This document shows positions 60,604 through 64,000 of a stretch of 64,000 nucleotides of DNA, one piece after another (position 1 is the stretch's first letter; each line of letters starts with the position of its first letter). Location: NCBI GenBank assembly GCA_963809485.1, contig CAWEJX010000020.1:1184001-1248000 (forward strand), given 5' to 3'. The notes under the pieces were generated by a model. The model worked only from the letters and a program-made list of their open reading frames with translations, was not told where the DNA came from and did no database searches. Source of the stretch: an uncultured Acidobacteriota bacterium. Lineage in GTDB: Bacteria > Acidobacteriota > UBA6911. The position numbers and the translations under genes are program-made.

Positions 60604-60640
60604 GCGTCCGTCAGCGTTTTTATCAGCGTAGGTCAGCGTT
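60604..60640. repeat. TCAGCG tandem cluster (ACGCTGA family)
   Basis: gcgtccgtcagcgtttttatcagcgtaggtcagcgtt. Confidence 0.55.
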
Positions 60641-60797
60641 GCAGACTCTTAAGCCAGCAAACTCCAAAATCTACCTTAGAATAGCTGGAGCTTGCCGATG
60701 AACCACCAGCTTGTCTCAAGTCTGATTCTTTCCGGAATCTTTTCGAACTTATTGGCCGCAATGGCGTCTAAATATAAAAACCTGCCAGGAGAGGACC

Positions 60798-62414
60798 ATG
60801 AAACGGCTCAATGGATTGATTTCCGTCGTCAGCATTTTGTGTATTGCGCTTTCAGCTTTCGCGCAGGAATCCAAAGTTGTTGTAGTCCGTGCCGGATCCA
60901 AAGAATTGAAGCGTTCCGCGCATCGGTTGCGCATCCCGGTCGAACAGCTGAAAAACGCCCGCCAGACTCTGCAGGAGGCCACCGATCTGGCCGGAAAAAT
61001 CAAGCCGTACCCGATGATGCAGGTTTACAGCCTCGCAAACAGCTGGCAGCAGTTGAACCGCTCCAAGGTGAAAACGGTTGTCGACTCCTTTATACAGGAT
61101 TTGAGATCTGAGGCTGCGCAGGCGGAAGACCCTCAGATATATATGCAGGCAACCACGACGGCGATGTCCCTTATGCAATCGTGCGCCGAATTTGACTATG
61201 AAAAGCTTCAGCAGACGCTGCGAGGGTGGCCGGATCCTCCCGACGCGATTGCCGAATCAATGCGCAAGTTTCGGGAAAGCCTGGAAGGAAATGCCAGGCA
61301 AAGCTCGCTGTGGCGGATGGCAAATACCGATCCGGAAAAGGCCCTGGAGCTCATATCTCAGGCGGGCGATTCCGGAGAATATAACTATGCCATCTCCGCG
61401 CAAATCGCCCAGGGATTTATGAATGAGGGGAAAAAGGACGAAGCGTTCGGTGTTATCGACAAGACAATTGCCGATTTCAGCCGTCACGCTGCGGACCCGC
61501 GCGCCCTGCAATCCTATGAAAGCTTCGTTCAAATGTCGGCGTGGCAGCTCGATTCTTCCCGCGCTGCAGCCGCCATGGCTCCGTGGATTGCGCAGCTGAC
61601 CAGCGCCGACTCCCCGGCTGAATGCGGCGGAACGCTGAGTGCCGACAATACCTCCGTGGATTTGACCTGCGCCGAGTCTAAAATCTTAAACCTTGTTCGC
61701 AGCTTCCCCACCAAGCCCAGCCTGGTACAAAGGACCCTGGATTCGATTCCCGGCCTGAGCTCCAAGGTGGACAGCATCGGTGGAATCGACAATCTTTACT
61801 CGAACTCAGGGATGAGTTTCACTATGGGCCCAAAAGCCGGCAGGCATCCCATGACTTCGCCCCCCGTGATGCCCGGCAACCCGTCGAGGCTGTTCCAGGA
61901 GCTTAGAGGAAAAGCCCGGTCGAATCCCGGATATGTAAGGGAGAAGCTGCAGGAGCTTGCGGGCAGCCGGCAAGGCGTCGAAACGCTGATAAATCTGGCT
62001 GTGATGGCATCCTACCAGGAGGACGAGCTCTCAAGCCTGGCGCTGGAAGCCGCACAGGAGTGTATTCCCCGGATCGAGCCGCTTCAAACGCGTTCCACTA
62101 TCCTGCAACAGTTGATTGGAGCCTACCGGCAGGTTGAGGGAGAGGTCGATCAGGGGCTGCTGCAAAACGGATTCGTCCTGGCGGATCAATTGAGACAGGA
62201 GCAATCAGAAAAGAATGGAGCTACGGATGAGATTAGTTCCCCGACGCCCCAAGGATATGCTCCGGCCGATCAGTTTGAAGCCTTTCTGGTATCGGAGCTT
62301 TCGAGGGATTCCTTCGACAGCGCGATCAACTACGTGCGCTCAATGAAGGATGGCGACTTCAAGCTTCAGTGCCTGATCCAGATTGTCCAGGCTCAAGGCC
62401 AGCCAAATTTCTGA
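60798..62414 (+). CDS. Secreted alpha-helical repeat hypothetical protein
   Basis: Signal peptide (AFA-Q); 538-aa helical ORF; RBS GAGGA. Confidence 0.75.
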   Translation: MKRLNGLISVVSILCIALSAFAQESKVVVVRAGSKELKRSAHRLRIPVEQLKNARQTLQEATDLAGKIKPYPMMQVYSLANSWQQLNRSKVKTVVDSFIQDLRSEAAQAEDPQIYMQATTTAMSLMQSCAEFDYEKLQQTLRGWPDPPDAIAESMRKFRESLEGNARQSSLWRMANTDPEKALELISQAGDSGEYNYAISAQIAQGFMNEGKKDEAFGVIDKTIADFSRHAADPRALQSYESFVQMSAWQLDSSRAAAAMAPWIAQLTSADSPAECGGTLSADNTSVDLTCAESKILNLVRSFPTKPSLVQRTLDSIPGLSSKVDSIGGIDNLYSNSGMSFTMGPKAGRHPMTSPPVMPGNPSRLFQELRGKARSNPGYVREKLQELAGSRQGVETLINLAVMASYQEDELSSLALEAAQECIPRIEPLQTRSTILQQLIGAYRQVEGEVDQGLLQNGFVLADQLRQEQSEKNGATDEISSPTPQGYAPADQFEAFLVSELSRDSFDSAINYVRSMKDGDFKLQCLIQIVQAQGQPNF

Positions 62415-62810
62415 GCAGCGCGGGTGGAACGCGAAGAAACCCAAAAACCTAAGTTCTCAGCTCTTGCCTGATAGAATCCTCATCAAGCCTCCGGCTTTGC
62501 GGGAATTTGTCGATCCGGTAGAGATCCATCAGCGCCGGCGTGACGCTTCTTCTGTTTTTGATTTCCCTTTCGACGGCCATATCAGCGGCATATAATCAGC
62601 GCAGCGAATCACCGGACAATCCAAAGCATGCTTGAGCCCGGAAAGAATTATGTCCATGATCCGAAAATGCTCGCGTACATTGAAATTTCCGGCATGCTGC
62701 GGGTGACCCGGTAAGGCGCGGTTCGCAATTCAATATTACACATCGCTTGCAGCCTAAGCCGCCGGAGTGAAGGAATCGCGGTAGGTTTTGGCCTGGAGAT
62801 CTGAAAGCGC

Positions 62811-64000
62811 ATGCACGCCTTGGAGGGTATTCTGATAGCGCTGGAGGCCCTTTGGGCCGAAAAACTCCGCACTTTGCTCACATTGCTAGGAAACATCGTC
62901 GGAGTGATGTCCGTCATCGCCGTCGTAAGCATCATTGACGGTTTAAATTCCTACGTCCGTACCACGATCGCCGACGAAGGTTCCGGCGTCTTCCAAGTGC
63001 AGCGGTTCAACCGGACCGACATACTCTCAAATTTCGACAGATTTCTGGAATCCCGGCACAATCCCAAAATTACGCTCGCGGATCTGAAATTTCTTCAGCA
63101 ACGGGTGACCACGGCAGAATATATGGACGCCAATCTGTCCAATTCGGCCGAAATACGGCACCGGAGGAATTACATCAGGTCCGTGGAGATCCAGGGCCGC
63201 TCCGAGAATTATCCGATGCTTGGAAATTGGAGCTTGAAAGACGGCCGGCATTTTTCGCGTCAGGAGGTCGAGCGCAGAGTCCAGGTCGCGGTCATAGGAT
63301 ACGATATAGCCGAACGCCTGTTTCCCGGGGCCGATCCGGTCGGAATAGATCTGAAAATTGCCGGAGAGAGCCATCGCATTATTGGAGTTTTGGAAAAGAA
63401 AGCCGGCGTGCTGGGGGATGACGCAAACCTCTTTGTTGTGATCCCCATAACATCCTTCCAGAAAATTTTTGGCACACGGAACTCCATCTCCATTTCCATA
63501 AAGGCGACTGACGTTGACAACATAACCGACTGTGTCGATCAGACCCGCCTGGTGATGCGCGCCTTGCGCCATCTGGGACCGAAGAGCGACGATAACTTCG
63601 GCATTCTTACTTCAGATAATCTAATCAGCTTATGGGAACAAATCAGCCAGGGCATTTTCGTGGCTCTGGTAGGAATCGTATCCATCAGCCTGGTTGTGGG
63701 CGGCATCGTGATTATGAACATCATGCTGGTGTCGGTGACGGAAAGAACGCGGGAAATCGGCATACGCAAGGCGACCGGAGCAACGCGGCTGAACATACTT
63801 TGGCAGTTTCTGGTCGAGTCCATCACGCTGTCCACGGCCGGAGGCGTCATTGGAATTATGATCGGTTTTGGCATTGCGGCCGCTATAGCATATTTTTCGC
63901 CCTTGCCCTATGCGATCAAGCTCTGGTCAATCGGCGCGGCGCTGGGTGTCACATTTGCCGTAGGCGTGTTTTTCGGCATTTATCCGGCGATGCAGGCGGC
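62811..64000 (+). CDS. MacB/FtsX-type ABC transporter permease (3' truncated by the window)
   Basis: Manual translation: KLRTLLTLLGNIVGVMSVIAVVSII...LVVGGIVIMNIMLVSVTERTREIGIRKATGA...QFLVES...FFGIYPA. Confidence 0.92.
   Translation, partial: MHALEGILIALEALWAEKLRTLLTLLGNIVGVMSVIAVVSIIDGLNSYVRTTIADEGSGVFQVQRFNRTDILSNFDRFLESRHNPKITLADLKFLQQRVTTAEYMDANLSNSAEIRHRRNYIRSVEIQGRSENYPMLGNWSLKDGRHFSRQEVERRVQVAVIGYDIAERLFPGADPVGIDLKIAGESHRIIGVLEKKAGVLGDDANLFVVIPITSFQKIFGTRNSISISIKATDVDNITDCVDQTRLVMRALRHLGPKSDDNFGILTSDNLISLWEQISQGIFVALVGIVSISLVVGGIVIMNIMLVSVTERTREIGIRKATGATRLNILWQFLVESITLSTAGGVIGIMIGFGIAAAIAYFSPLPYAIKLWSIGAALGVTFAVGVFFGIYPAMQA

Overview
A 64-kb, GC-rich bacterial chromosomal window with an anaerobic-metabolism gene set, consistent with an Acidobacteriota- or Desulfobacterota-like anaerobe (taxonomy is inference). 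I found no rRNA, tRNA or CRISPR array. Two selenoprotein genes are split in the ORF track at an in-frame UGA, each followed by a bacterial SECIS-like hairpin: a signal-peptide-bearing UGSC-family fusion (<1-1288) and a stand-alone PrdB/GrdB-like UxxC protein (31732-32961). A conflict/defence-like block at 1.6-14 kb holds a VIT-vWA protein, an ECF-like sigma factor, a small protein, an inositol-monophosphatase/ADP-ribosylglycohydrolase fusion, a NERD-helicase, a HIT hydrolase, HicB and WYL deletion scars and a DUF2779 nuclease. Further blocks are a catabolic cluster (URO-D-family methyltransferase plus a pyrogallol-transhydroxylase-like Mo enzyme), serA/serC, a radical SAM/nucleotidyltransferase/split-GT2/HprK-like cluster, a soluble periplasmic [NiFe] hydrogenase, a metal-homeostasis block and a redox block (twin-Arg QueG-like protein, polyferredoxin, cytochrome c-beta-barrel fusion, pentaheme cytochrome). 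At 58-60 kb a Sec-secreted Cys-rich protein ends in a full-length FrpC-type self-processing module with Ser-Pro in place of the catalytic Asp-Pro. Intergenic DNA carries a multi-copy IS200/IS605-type non-autonomous palindromic element and several REP-like families. Six single-base frameshifts in otherwise intact genes most likely reflect long-read consensus errors. All family assignments come from motif recognition, not database searches.
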